DNA from: Pristiophorus japonicus
Taxonomy: Eukaryota
DNA length: 64,000 nucleotides
Direction: 5' to 3'
Assembly: GCF_044704955.1 (NCBI RefSeq)
Contig: NC_091999.1
Coordinates: 38,192,001 to 38,256,000, forward strand
Numbering within the stretch: position 1 is the stretch's first letter; each line of letters opens with the position of its first letter. The notes beneath the pieces were generated by a model. It made no database searches and was not told the DNA's origin. It saw only the letters and a list, made by a program, of their open reading frames with translations. Below, piece by piece: positions 47,998-61,559 of the stretch. The translations under genes were made by a program, and so were the position numbers.

Positions 47998-48665
47998 TAG
48001 AATCACAGAATATTACAGCACAGAAAGGGGCCATTCGGCCCATCGAGTCTGCGTCGATACTTTTGGGGTGCAATCCGGTTATCCCGCTTCCCCCGCTCTT
48101 TCCCCAAATCCCTGCAATATCATTCTGCTTCAAGTCTTTGTCCAATTCACTTTTGAAGGCTACTATTGACTCTGTCTCCACCGCTCCGTCAGGCAGTGCA
48201 TTCCAAACCCTAACCACTCCTTGTGTGAAAATGGTTTTCCTCATATGACCTCTGTTTTTGCCAATCGCCTCAAATCTGTGCCCTCTGATTATCAGCGTTA
48301 GAAACAGTTTCTCTATTCATTCTATCTCATCTTCATGATTTTTAACACCTCTATCAAATCTCGTCTTAGCCTTCTCTGCCCCAAGGAGAACAATCCCAGC
48401 TTCTCCAGTCTCCACATAAATGAAGTTCCTCATCCCTGGCACCATTCCAGTAAATCTCCTCTGTCCCCTCTCCAAAGCCTTTGTGTCCTTCCTGAAGTGT
48501 GCCCAGAATTGTACCCAATCCTCCAGCTGGGGTCGAGCTAGTGTTTTATATAGCTTTAGCATAACCTCCCGGCTTTAGTACTCTGTGCCTCGATTTTTAA
48601 AGCCCAGGATCCTTTAAGCTTTATTAACAGCTTTGTTAACCTGTCCTGCGACCTTCAAAGATTTA
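47998..48665 (-). mobile_element. CR1 3' fragment
   Basis: ORF 48317-48562 (LYKTLARPQLEDWVQFW). Confidence 0.8.
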
Positions 48666-48704
48666 TTAAAATTTTTAAATAAAAAAAAAAATGTAGCAGA
48701 AACG

Positions 48705-48830
48705 TGGAGTGGTCAGGGAGCGTCTGTAAAGGAAGGAGAAATGGAGAGTGGTCAGGGAGCATCTGTAAAGGAAGGAGAAATGGAGAGTGGTGAGGGAGCG
48801 TCTGTAAATGAAGGAGATATGGTGACTGGG
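48705..48830. repeat. 36-bp tandem repeat (ggtcagggagcgtctgtaaaggaaggagaaatggagagt); further copies at 47895-47992 and 51145-51185
   Basis: Direct inspection. Confidence 0.8.
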
Positions 48831-49047
48831 CACGAAGCTTCAATTTTAATATTCTCATAATTGTTTTCAAATCCCTCCATGACCTCGCCCCTCCCTATCT
48901 CTGTAACCTCCTCCAGCCCTACAACTCTCCATGATTTCTGGCCTCCTGCACATTCCTGGTTTTAATCACACCACCATTGCTGGCCATACCTTCAGCTGCC
49001 TAGGCCCTAAGCTCCAGAATTCCCTCCCTCCTCCTTTAACACCCTCA

Positions 49048-50860
49048 GAACGTAAGAAATAGGAGCAGGAATAGGCCATTTGGGCCCTCGAGCCTGCTCT
49101 GCCATTCCATAAGATTATGGCTGATCTGATCATGGACTCAGCTCCAATTCCCTGCCCGCTCCCCATAACCCTTTACTCCCTTATCGTTCAAAAATCTGTC
49201 GACCTCCACCTTAAATATATTCAATGACCCAGCCTCTACAGCTCGCTGGGGCAGAGTATTTCACAGATTTACAACCCTCTGAGAGAAGAAAGTTCTCCTC
49301 ATCTCAGTTCTAAATGGGCGGTCCCTTATTCTAAGACGATGTCCTTTAGTTTTAGTTTCCCCTATGAGTGCAAATATCCTCTCTGCATCCACCTTATCGA
49401 GCCCTCTCATTATCTTGTATATTTCAATAAGATCACCTCTTATTGTTCTGAACTCCAAAGAGTATCGGCCCAACCTATTCAACCTATCTTCAGAAGACAA
49501 CCTCCTCATATCCGGAATCAACCGAGTGAACCTTCTCTGACAGCCTCCAATGCAAGTATATCCCTCCTTAAATAAGGAGACTAAAACTGTACGCAGTACT
49601 CCAGGTGTGGCCTCACCAATACCCTGTACAGTTGTAGCAGGACTTCTCTGCTTTTATACTCTATCCCCCTTGCAATAAAGGCCAACATTCCATTTGCCTT
49701 CCTGATTACTTGCTGAACCTACATACTAACTTTTTGTGTTTCATGCACAAGGACCCCCAGGTCTCTCTCTACTGCAGCACTTTGCAATTTTTCTCCATTT
49801 AAATTATAATTTGTTTTTCTATTATTTTTGCCAAAGTGGATAATCTCACAGTTTCCCACATTATACCCCATCTGCCAAATTTTTGCCCACTCATTGAGCC
49901 TGTGCAGATTTTTTGTGTCCTCATCACAATTTGCTTTCCACCCATCTTTGTATCATCAGTAAACTTGGCAACATTATACTCTGTCCCTTCATCCAAGTCA
50001 ATAATATAAATTGTAAATAGTTGAGGACCCAGCACCGATCCCTGAGGCACCCCACTAGTCACTTTTTGCCAACTGGAAAATGAACCATTTATCCCGACTC
50101 TCTGTTTTTTGTCAGCTCACCAATCCTCGATCCATGCTAATATATTGCCCCCAACCCAGTGAGCTTTTATCTTGTGCAGTAACCTCTTATGTGGCACCTT
50201 ATCGAATGCCTTCTGGAAATCCAAATACACCACATCCACTGGTTCCCCCTTATCCACCCTGCTCGTTATATCCTCAAAGTACTCCAGTGAATTTGTCAAA
50301 CCTGATTTCCCTTTCATAAAACCATGCTGACTCTGCTTGATTGAATCATGCTTTTCCAAATGTCCTATTACTGCTTCCTTAATTATGGACTCCAACATTT
50401 TCCCAACGACAGATGTTAGGCAAACTGGTCTGTAGTATCCTGCTTTTTGACTGCCTCCTTTTTTAAATAGGGGCGTTACATTTGTGGTTTTTCAATCTGT
50501 TGGGACCGCCCCAGAATCCAGGGAATTTTGGTAGATTACAACCAATGCATCCACTATCTCTGCAGCCATTTCTCTTAACACCCTAGGGTGTAAGGCATCA
50601 GGTCCAGGGGACTTGTTCGCCTTTAGTCCCATTATTTTACCGAGTACCACTTCATTACTGATAGTGATTGTATTAAGTTCCTCCCTACCTATCGCCCTTG
50701 ATTATCCACTATTGGGATGTTTTTAGTGTTTTCTACCATGAAGACCGATACGAAATATTTGTTCAACGTCTCTGCCATTTCCCTGTTCTCCATTATTAAT
50801 TCCCCAATCTCATCTTCCAGGTGACCAACATTTACTTGAGCCACTCTTTTCCTTTTTAAC
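49048..50860 (-). mobile_element. CR1 LINE 3' 1.8 kb (TTCTTA-type tail)
   Basis: ORF2 fragments at 49261-49521, 49799-50062 and 50117-50398. Confidence 0.9.
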
Positions 50861-51387
50861 CCTCTTTAAAATGTGCCTCTTTGACCCTCGGTGTCAAATT
50901 CTATCTGATAATGCTCCTGTGAAGCACCAGGGGCCATTTTACAGAGTTATTTCACGGCTGAGATAGATACATTTTTGGCGTTTTGTGGCATCAAAGGATA
51001 TGGAGATCGGGCGGGAAAGTGGAGTTGAGGTTGATGATCAGCCATGATGTTATTGAATGATGGAGCAGGCTCGAGGGGCCGTATGGCCTACTCCTGCTCA
51101 TAACTCTTATGTTCTTAAAGGCGCTATATAAATGAAAGTTGTTGTCTATAAAGGAAGGAGAAATGGTGATGGGTCAGGGAGAGCATTTGATCAGGACTCG
51201 GAGATATGGCAGATGGACAGCTTATAGGGAGCGATAGAGTGAGGGAAAGGAGAGAGAGAGAGAGAGACCATGTACACAAGAAATGAACTGTAAAGTTGGG
51301 TGGGGAAGAGGAGGTGGGGAAGTGACAGCAGACAAAAGGAGGCACAATGGGAGAAGGGAGAGTGATAAAAGAGATAGAAAATAAAAA

Positions 51388-51815
51388 GACTTGCATTTAT
51401 TTCGCACCTTTCACCACCAGCAGATGCCCCAAAGTGTTTTACAGTCAATTAAGTTATTTTTGATGTGTAGTCACTATCGTAATGTAGGAAACGCAGCAAC
51501 CAATTTACAATGTGATAATGACCAGATAATCTGCTTTACTGATGTTAAGGGAAAATATTGGCCAGGACATCGGGGATAACTCCCCTGTTCTGCTTGAAAT
51601 CGTGCAATGGGACCTTTTACATCCACCTGAGGGAGCAGACAGGGCCTCGGTTTAACATCTTATCCAATAGACAGCACCTCCGACAGTACAGCAGTCCCTC
51701 AGCACTGCACTGGAGCATCAGCCGAGATTTTTGTGTTCATGTCTCTGGAGTGCGACATCAACCCACAACCTTGTGACCCAGAGGCAAGTGTATTACCCAC
51801 TGAGTCACAGCTGAC
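51388..51815 (-). mobile_element. DeuSINE (SacSINE1-like), near full length
   Basis: Reverse complement of the 6610-7035 family, including the tRNA-derived head at ~51745-51812. Confidence 0.78.
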
Positions 51816-51954
51816 ACAAATACTGACATAGTTACAGCAGGTTAGCTCAGTTGGAGATGTTAGACGATGCATTTATCAATGCTTAGATATTTTTTCTATT
51901 GCACAAAATCAGTAATATTTTGGAACGTTCTGGTCAAGGTTCACAGAATAACAA

Positions 51955-53825
51955 TAAGAAATAGGAGCAGGAGTAGGCCATTGGATCCCTCGAGCCTTCT
52001 CTGCCATTCAATAAAATCATGGCTGATCTGATCTTGACCTCAACTCCACTTTCCTGCCTAGTCCCCATAACTCTTGACTCCCCTTTAATTCAAAAATCTG
52101 TCTATCTCCCCTTTAAATATATTGACTGACTCAGCCTCCACAGCTCTCTGGGGTAGAGAATTCCAAAGATTCACGACCCTCAGAGAAGAACTTCCTCCGC
52201 ATCTCTGTTTTAAATGGGTGACCCCTTATTCTGAAACTATGCACCCTAGTTCTAGATTCCCTCAGGAGGGGAAACATCCTCTCTGCATCTACCCTGTCAA
52301 GCCCCCTCAGAATCTTACACGTTTCAATAAGTTCACCTCTCATTCTTCAAAACTGCAATGAGTACAGGCCCAACCTGCTCAAGCTTACTTCATAACACAA
52401 CCGCTTCATCTCAGGAATCAAGCTCGTGAACCTTCTCTGAACTGCTTCCAATGCAAGTATATCCCTCCTTAAATAAGGAGACTAAAACTGTACACAGTAC
52501 TCCAGAAGTGGTCTCACGAACACCCTGTACAATTGTAGCAAGACTTCTCTACTTTTATACTCCATTTCCCTTGCAATAAAGGCCAACATTGCATTTGCCT
52601 TCCTGATTACTTGCTGTACCTGCATGCTAACTTTTTGTGTTTCATGCACAAGGACCCCCAGATCCCTCTGTACCGCAGCATTTTGTAGTCTCCATTTAAA
52701 TAATAATTTGCTTTTTTATTCTTCCTACCAAAGTGCATAACGTCACATTTTCCCACATTATCTGCCAAATTTTTGCCTATAATCCTTTACAGATTCTTTT
52801 TGTCCTCCTCACAACTTGCTTTCCCACCTATCTTTGTATCAGCAGCATATTTGCCTGCAGTGCACTCCGTCCCTTCATCCAAGTCATTAATATAGATTGT
52901 AAGTAGTTGAGGCCCCAGCACTGATCCCTGTGGCACCCCACTAGTTACAGTTTGCCAACCTGAAAATGACCCAGTTATCTGTGTTTTCTGTTCGTTCGCC
53001 AAACCTACATTTATGCTAATATATTACCGCCAACCCTGTGAGCTCTTATATTGTGCAGTAACCTTTTATCTGGCACCTTATCGAATGACTTCTGGAAATT
53101 CAAATACACATCTGCTACTGGATCCTCTTCATCAACTCTGCTCGTTACTTCCTCAAAGAACTCGTCAAATTTGTCAAACGTGATTTCCCTTTCATAAAAC
53201 CATGCCGTCTCTGCTTGACTATTATGATTTTCTAAATGTCCTGCTACCATTTCCTTAATAATGGACTCCAGCATTTTCCCAATGATAGATGTTAGGCTAA
53301 CTGCTCTATAGTTTCCTGCTTTCTCTCTCCCTCCCTCCCTTATTGAATAGGGGTATTGCATTTGAGTTTTTCCAATCCACTGGGACCTTGCCAGAATCCA
53401 GGGAATTTTGGGAGATTACAACCAATCGATCCACTTTCTCTGCAGCCACTTCTTTTAAGACCCCTGGATGCAGGCCATCACGTCCAGGGGACGTCCACCT
53501 TTAGTCCCAATAGTTTGTCGAGTACTTTTTCTTCAGTGATAGTGATTGTTTTAAGTTCCTCGCTCTCTGTGACCCCTTGATTATCTATTATTATTATTGG
53601 GATGCTTTTCGTGTCTTCCACCGTGAAGACCACACAAAATATTTGTTTAAAGTCTCTGCCATTTCCCTGTTTCTCATTTTTAAGTCCCCGTCTCATCCTC
53701 GAAGGGACCAACGTTTGCTTTAGCTATCTCTTCCTTTTTATATATCTGTAGAAGCTCTGACTGTATTTATATTTTTTCCAGTTTACTCTCAATCTAACTT
53801 CTCTCTCTTTATTATTTTTATTAAG
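51955..53825 (-). mobile_element. CR1 LINE 3' 1.9 kb
   Basis: ORF2 fragments at 52131-52343, 52787-53002 and 53011-53361. Confidence 0.9.
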
Positions 53826-53940
53826 TCAATACTTAAAACCACACAGCAGAAGGAAAGAATGTTCCATAGAAACTAGAATTGTCTCTTCTGAAATTCGATC
53901 CTGTACTTACAGTGATGACTTTTGTAAACTCCTTTTGCAG

Positions 53941-54807
53941 GGTGTTAGAAGGGGAGGATTTGAAGAAGGGAAACTCAAACTAAACGTCACGTCGTGATCA
54001 GATAGAGTCACTCGATTCATCAGGACTTGAATATCATCGGCCTTTGAATGTGGAAGGAGAAATGTTTTTTTGTTTTGTCTGTGGGGAAAGATTACAAACA
54101 TCAGTGTGACTGAAAAAGCACTGAGACACACACCCGAGTGAGAGTGTATCAGTGCACTGATTGTGGAAAGAGCTTTAACCAGTTACACAGCCTGAAAAAC
54201 CATCGTACCATTCACAGCGGGGAGAAACTGTAAACGTGTTGTGTGTGGAGGAGGCTTCAACTGATCATCCGACCTGGAGAGACGGAAGCACACCTGCACC
54301 ACGGAGAAACCGTGAAAATGTGGGGACTGTGGGAAGGGATTCAGCTACCCGTCTGCACTGCAAATTCATCAACACAGTCACACTGGGGAGAGGCCGTTCA
54401 CCTGCTCCGTGTGTGGGAAGCGATTCACTCGGTCATCCGACCTACTGACACACCAGCGAGTTCAGACTGGGGAGAGGCCATTTATCTGCTCTCAGTGTGG
54501 GAAGGGATTCAGTGTGTCATCCCGCCTGCTGATACACCAGCGAGTTCACACTGGGGCGAGGCCATTCACCTGCTCAGAGTGTGGGAAGCGATTCACTCAT
54601 TCATCCAGCCTGGTGATACACCAGCGAGTTCACACTGGGGAGAGGCCGTTCATCTGCTCGGAGTGTGGGAAGCGATTCACTCAGTCATTCCGCCTGCTGA
54701 CACACCAGCGAGTTCACACTGGGGAGAGGGCGTTCTCCTGCTCTGAGTGTGGGAAGCGATTCACTCTTTCATCCCACCTGCTGAGACACCAGCGAGTTCA
54801 CAAGTGA
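53941..54807 (+). pseudogene. C2H2 zinc-finger gene (ZNF-B) main exon; 5' fingers disrupted, last five fingers in one open frame (54409-54807)
   Basis: ttttgcag acceptor. In-frame TAA at ~54230 and a frameshift upstream. The 3' part has CSECGKRF...[11 protein letters not shown] repeats and ends RVHK*. Confidence 0.85.
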
Positions 54808-56084
54808 CTTCAGGGGTTGGATTCTGCTATAATTGCAGCTGTTAATCACATCCCGACTGAATCGTGTCCATTCTGACAGTTGAAGTTTGTTTCTGATGAT
54901 AATAACCCTATAACTGGGCTGGAATATAATATTTTGATATTTCAACAACAGAGTGTGTCGACATTTAATGTTCCAAGATAAGAGGAGACTAATTGATGTC
55001 CTGTTACTGAATGCACCATTGTGGGGCCTTTTCTCCTTTCTAACTCTGGATTATTTCAGTTCTCATACCTTTGGTTAGTCTCGTGGACAAATGCCAGTTC
55101 CCCTTACCTTCCAGAGTGCCTCTCCTAGCCTTGGTATTGTGGGAAGGTGTCGGTAACATGCCTGGGATCACTGAACACAAAACCCAGTCTGTGAATCACT
55201 TTCAGATACTGGACTTAGTGTGTGTCCCACAGCATCTCTCTCACCTTCGATGTGTGAATGGAGCTTCATGCCTGCAAACCTGGGTTTAATTTAAATTTGA
55301 ATCCACTCAGGAAATGTATTTAAGAAAATACAGATCACATCAAATAATTGCCAACGGTTTCGAGTCAACAAGATGAACAAGTAAATACATCCCGGCCCAA
55401 TATTCCAGCTCTACATTCACAGGAGAAAGTCTGTTATCAAACTCCTCGAGTAGACAGAATAGAGAACAATGCTAACTCTAAGAATATCTAGCATCTGTTG
55501 TAAATATCTTTCAAATCCCGACTGATACAATCTGGCGTTTTCCTTTCAGTTGAAGTGAATGGAAGATGAGAGGGGTGTTGACATAGGGAACTCGGCTAAT
55601 TCAGCTTCTGAAAGGTGTTCATGTTTAGTTCATTCCATATTGGGGAAAATGTGGTTGTTATCATTAGAGAGAGATTTCACTGAGCAGCAGTTGGTGTTTG
55701 CAACCAACTGGCCAAGGATATTTTCATCATAGAATATTTAGATTAGAAATATTATGTTAGAATAAGAAGAGTTCAAATACTAGTGGTTTGTGCTTGTCAC
55801 AGGAAGACCAGTGCTTCCAACATTGTTGATGTCTGTTGACGAAAATGCAGACTTGTGTCTCTGGACTATGCCGTAGCCAAAGACGACCATATTAGGCAAT
55901 GCCAGTTCCAGTTGGATAAGAGGTTGATGGCATAGGAAAAGATCCAGCAGTTAAAACAAAATTTTCTCCAGTTATCTGCAGACATCGAATGTCGCAGCAT
56001 GCTGACAAAGTTGGACTTAAGAATTTAAAGTATTGAGTTAAATTATTGGGATCGATTGTTATAGAATTGAATTGTTATAGAATG

Positions 56085-56668
56085 GAGAAGTGGTGAAGTT
56101 ATTCTAAACTTGTATCGAACCTTCGTTAGACTTTGTGTGTGCAATTCTGGTCACCATATTACAAAAAGGATATGGAGGCACTGGAGAGGGTGCAGAGAAG
56201 ATTTACAAGGATGATACCAGAAAGGCGAGCGTATACCTATCGGGAAAGGATGGACAGGCCAGGTCTCTTTTCTCTTAGAAAAAAAAGGCTGAGGGGTGAC
56301 CTAGTATTTTTAAAATGATGAAAGGTTTTGATAGAGTAGACACAGTGTTTCCACTTGTGGGGACGAGCAAAATTAGAGTCCATCAACATAAGATAGTCAC
56401 CAAGAAATCAAATAGGGAATTCAGAAGAAACCTCTACCCAGAGAGTGGTGAGAATGTGGAACTCACTGCCACAGGGAGTGGTTAAAGCGAATAGTATCGA
56501 TGCATTTAAGGGGAGGCTAGACAAGTATCTGAGGGAGAAGGGAATCGAGGGTTATGTGGATATAGTTAGATGAGGAATGAAGGGAGGAGGCTCGAATGGA
56601 GCATAAACGACGGCATGGACTGGTTGGGCCGAATGGCCTGTTTCTGGGTCGTATATCCGATATAATCC
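56085..56668 (+). mobile_element. CR1 3' fragment
   Basis: CVQFWSPYYKKDMEALERVQRRFTRM. Confidence 0.85.
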
Positions 56669-59600
56669 TGTTGTCCAAGTCACACTGCTCGAAGGGGAAG
56701 ATAAATGACCTGCATCCAAACGCAATTGTTACTTTTGTCTTCTTTGTAAAATGACAAAGTCTGGGCATAATTTGTTTGTGAAATTAAAACTGATTTTATA
56801 TATATATATATATTGCTAAGCGTCGCTGGTCAAACACATGGGATGGAAAATTTAGCTGAAAATTGAGATAATTAAGTTTTATTTTTGAAAAAGTCCCGTC
56901 TCTGTGGTTCTGTCCAAACTATGTATTCAGAAATAAGTTTTTGGGGGTGACTGTTATGCTCAAGTTAACTAACATCCTTCCTCTTGTAGACTGAATTGCT
57001 CTCTGGCATATTTTGGATAATAATAGGTCCAAGAAGAGGTTCGGTTAAATAAAATTAAACAAAGAAACTGGGTCAAAACTTGGACCAAGTGGGAATGTTT
57101 GATTGATGTTTAAAGACAGTATGATAATATTATATTCGACAGGAAAGTTCCTCCGGGCTCATGATAGAAATGGTGAATACTGTATAAAATGTAATGAGAG
57201 GAAATTAGTGTGGATATAAGAGGAAAACAGAAAAGTTACACCTCCAAATAGAAATGTTTCTTAACTCATTGTTCCTGGGAGAATTGTCATAAATTAATGG
57301 GTACAATCTGGTGTTAATGTAAATTCTTGTTAAAGTCAGGGAAGTGTAGGAAATTGCTAAGATTTCTCTGAGATGTTTGTGTCATTGCCGACACTGAACA
57401 ATAAGAAAACTGAATTTGATCGCCTGGCCACTAACCGAGACATCGGGACCATGCAGAGGGAGATGAGCAAAGATCTTCGACACCCCACGATCTTTTGATA
57501 AGATCACCTCAAATGGCTTGGATCAGATGTCACATGTGGCATGATATTGGGATACCGCTGTGTGTATGTGTGATCGAGTCTCAGGCATGCTCAGTTATCG
57601 ACAACAGGACAACATGAAATGGCTAATGTGGCACAGGAGAGTGAGAGAACTTTTTAAACCATCAAGGTCGTGACACATTCTCCATCGAGAAACCGACTTT
57701 GAAATAAGCAGGATAGAGTTAAACACACTGCTACCTGTCAGAGGCATTAGAATTAACAGTGGCGAGAATGCTGATCAAATTAGGATTTCCTTACAGCTAG
57801 AATGGTCATCAGTTTCAAGGCCTCCACTAAGTACTGAACAAAGAAAGCTTGTAGAGAGGCTAAAAACAAAAAAGTCAGCATGTCTCTGTCTGGACAAGGT
57901 GGCCATGGCTGTGTGCAGATCAGCTACAAGTTGAAGGTGAGAGATAAGGAGGACAGACCTCACAGGCTCCATAACAAAACATGGATCCAAGTGAGAGGCC
58001 ATTTCCAGGAGGAAGCAGAGGCCCTCAAAAGGTTTAGTTTTGGAATCCGTGATAAACCGAGGCAGAGACCCTCAAAAGCATACTTTTAGTGGTAATAGAG
58101 AAAGAACCCTAAAGCCTGCTCCTTGGCAAGTTTGGAAGACCAGGAAGACTCCCCTGAACCAAGTGGGTTGGGACACATCCTGACCCCAAACGCTAAATTA
58201 ATAGTGTTCACTTAAAGATTTAGTATCACTCCAGGACAATAAGTAATTCAAGAACATTATAAAATACTTCAATATAAATTTAAAATATAATGACGGTAGG
58301 TTATTTTAAAGTAAGAAATGTCGTATGTTGATCAGTAATGTTAACTATAGGTTTGCCAAGTACAAATGCTGATAGTGATCATCATATGTGGAATTAAATA
58401 AAATGACATCCCACCTCACAAAAAGAACTCGACCTGTCCGATCCAGTAAAAGAAGCCACATTTAATGGACTAGAAGTAACTGAATCAGGAAATGTATTAT
58501 ATAACAATGTGTGTTTTTAAATTATGAATTGAAATCAAAAGATTTAAACATGAGCTTGAATCTATCAACTAGATTATGTGAAGGGAGATATTCAAAGTCA
58601 ATAGACAAAATTGGAACAGAATGAGTAAAGGATGTGTTAGTAAAGAATAGAAAACAGGAACCAAGGGATGAGGAAGACGGGGAACACAAGGAGAATCAGT
58701 TTAAATCGCAAGGAAAGTGAGAGCTGACAGGATAGCTCAGAATAGGAGCCACAGCAAGGTTAGAAGGAGTAAACAGAATAGATATAGAAAGTGAATGGGA
58801 ACACGATGTGGCTTACTGGTGGTATTGTGTGTAGCCTCTGTGACATTTATGATGAATGTGGTACAGAAGGGACTAGACAAGAGAGAGAGTAATCAAATCC
58901 CTTTGTTTATTCATGAAGGACAACTGAGAAAATGGTTTCGGGGAACCAAGTCATAGGCTTTGATGTGATGCAGCCAATAGGAATGGGGATTTTGTCCCTT
59001 CGGAAGGAGAAAGAAGTGAAGATATTAGACCACTGGGATTGGTCTTGCCTTTGCTGAGGAAAAATGGAAATTAAACAAAACCTTTGACGGTGTATAGGGT
59101 AGAACTGTTTGCAAGGGTGGAAGACTGAGTTAGGTCTGATCCATAAACAGTATGATGAATATCCAAGCTATCTGATTCAGAAGGGAGGAACTTGTATTGC
59201 GCCAGATATGCAGTGTTGTATTCTGAAAGGAGCAACATGGCTGTAGCATTGACGGGAAGGAGGTAATCTGTATAAAGAATTAGAAGGGGTAAGCTGCAGG
59301 ACAAGTTATAATGAACCACAGAAGGCTGAAAACCAAGGGTGCGATAGGTGTATTGCCTGAAAAAGAAGGAATACAACTAAAGGGAGAGTGTACCCCAGCG
59401 ATCGTTAGAGGAAATATACGGCGTATGACCTGAAGCGTGACATGGTAATAACACAGTGAAGCTGGTATTGATCGTGCACAGTTCAAGCAAGAAGGAATTC
59501 AAGCTAAAAATTGGGGTGGGACCCTAGGATCCTAGGAAAACTGGCCAGTGGGATAAAATGCTAGCTGAAATAAATGGAAAATTAATAAAAGAAAAGAAAA

Positions 59601-60249
59601 ATGTTGGAAAAGCAAATTGAATTTACAAAGGACAGTTTGTTTTTACCAAAAGATACAAATGTGAACTTGAAAACAGCGGCAGCTTGAAAGAGAAACAAAG
59701 ATGTTGAGGAAAATGGACTGGAGGAAGATCATCAAATTACAAAACCTCATTTGAAGAAATGAGATTTAAATTGGCTGTGAAAAAGATATTGGTTTAAATC
59801 TAAAAACTTACGAGTTAAACCCGACAAAGCTCTGTGCTGAGAAAGAGAAACAACGATGTCTAACTATGGACTGGAGTAAGGTCATCAAAAAATGATTAAG
59901 TTCGGATTCAAAAGGGGGAAAAGTAGTAAGCTCGGCGAACTCAGCACAGAAAGAAAAAACTGGGAGTTACAGAATTCTTAAAAACGATGGACCGACACCG
60001 ACGATTAGATTTTGTGCCGAGAGAAATAAAACATAAGATTTGCTCAGTGAACGGGATCGTAAAAAAAACAAACTGCTGGAATGTATATAGATTGCGTGGA
60101 AATTGGATTTCTGTAAACAGAATAGCAATTAAAAATGTGTGGTCTCTCTTTAAATCAATGAAAAACTCGTTGGCAAGTATTTGAATTGGATGTGTAGAGA
60201 AATTGGAGTTTAATCTAAAATGCTGCCTTTCCCGCTGAGAAGGTTTTAT

Positions 60250-61500
60250 CATGGCAACTTTACGAATAATTTCTGCTATTTTAACGGATTCCTAATTTCT
60301 TATCAAGTTTTGAAAGCACAAAGACTTGGGGAAATATTTTCAGATGAATAACCGAAATCACATAATGACGTCAGACCTTCTTACAAACCTGTAGTGGAGT
60401 TAACCCATTCCATTGACAGCTGTTTTATTTATACTGGACATTATTAGTTTGGATTTCTTAATAAAAGAAAGAAGACACACCCGACAGACAGAGGACATGG
60501 TGGGATAGTCAGAATAAAAATAAAACGAAGAAAGCCTATGCAATAATACTTGCCTGCTACAGAGGACAGATAGATACTCAAACAAAATAAATTCAAGTGT
60601 TAGAAGTTAAGATGAATAAGCTGGAAGAGATAAAGACAGGACCAGACGGATAGTGCAGTGCACTATCCCTATGGTGTACCCCACGGTGGGTAAGTGTAGT
60701 CCACAACCCCAACCTAACAGTCAATCAGACAGGGATAATGACTGCAGATTCGAGGGGCCCCGGCACATGATAATGGCTATTTATCAGTGACACCAATACG
60801 CACCACCACCATTCGCTCCAGCGGATGTAGAGCAGCCCACATTACCAAACAGGAGGTGCCCCTCAGCCCACAGGAGACAAATTCTATTGAATAAGTTACC
60901 AACCGCTAAAGCAAAATAGTAGAAATAAAGAATTCTGACAAAAGTTTGCAGTCGAATATTTTGACTCAAAAGGCAGGGAAAAGGGTTGGGGAGTATGGGG
61001 AACGAACGTGGATTGAATATAAAAACCACTCCGGGGCTGATGACCGCAACAGAAATGATGCAGCATTCTTGAAAATATTTAAGGATAGACTATGAAAGGC
61101 ACATCAAAGGATAATTAAGTGAGTATTTAACATTGGAGATGATTATGATGAAACTTTGGAATGGGCAGAACATGCAGAGGAGTTAAAGTTAGAACAAAGG
61201 GATAAAAGAGCAAAAATAGCAGCTACAGCACTAGCAGCCGAGATAAAGAAGGAAGAGACGCACTCCAGCGCAGCTCACCTGATATGTTTAAACTGCAATC
61301 AGGAAGGCAACTTCAGTAGGGATTGCCCTCTGAAAAGGAGAGGTTACGGAAATTCTAAAGGGAGATGTCAAAATTGTGGTAAACTTGGACATTTGGCCAA
61401 AGATTGCTGGAGTAATTGGGGAGGCGCAGGAAGGCGAGGCCACCAACAGGCAAAGAAGGGAACACCATTAACCAGGGAAGATCTGATGGACATGCTCTGA
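60250..61500 (+). pseudogene. Endogenous retrovirus gag remnant
   Basis: Two nucleocapsid knuckles (CLNCNQEGNFSRDC, CQNCGKLGHLAKDC) in ORF 61156-61500, and a Pro-rich segment upstream. The 5' boundary is uncertain. Confidence 0.7.
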
Positions 61501-61559
61501 CAGGTACCAGCACCACTGGTACCACTGCCACCACTGCCCCAACCCGAGAACACCTAATT

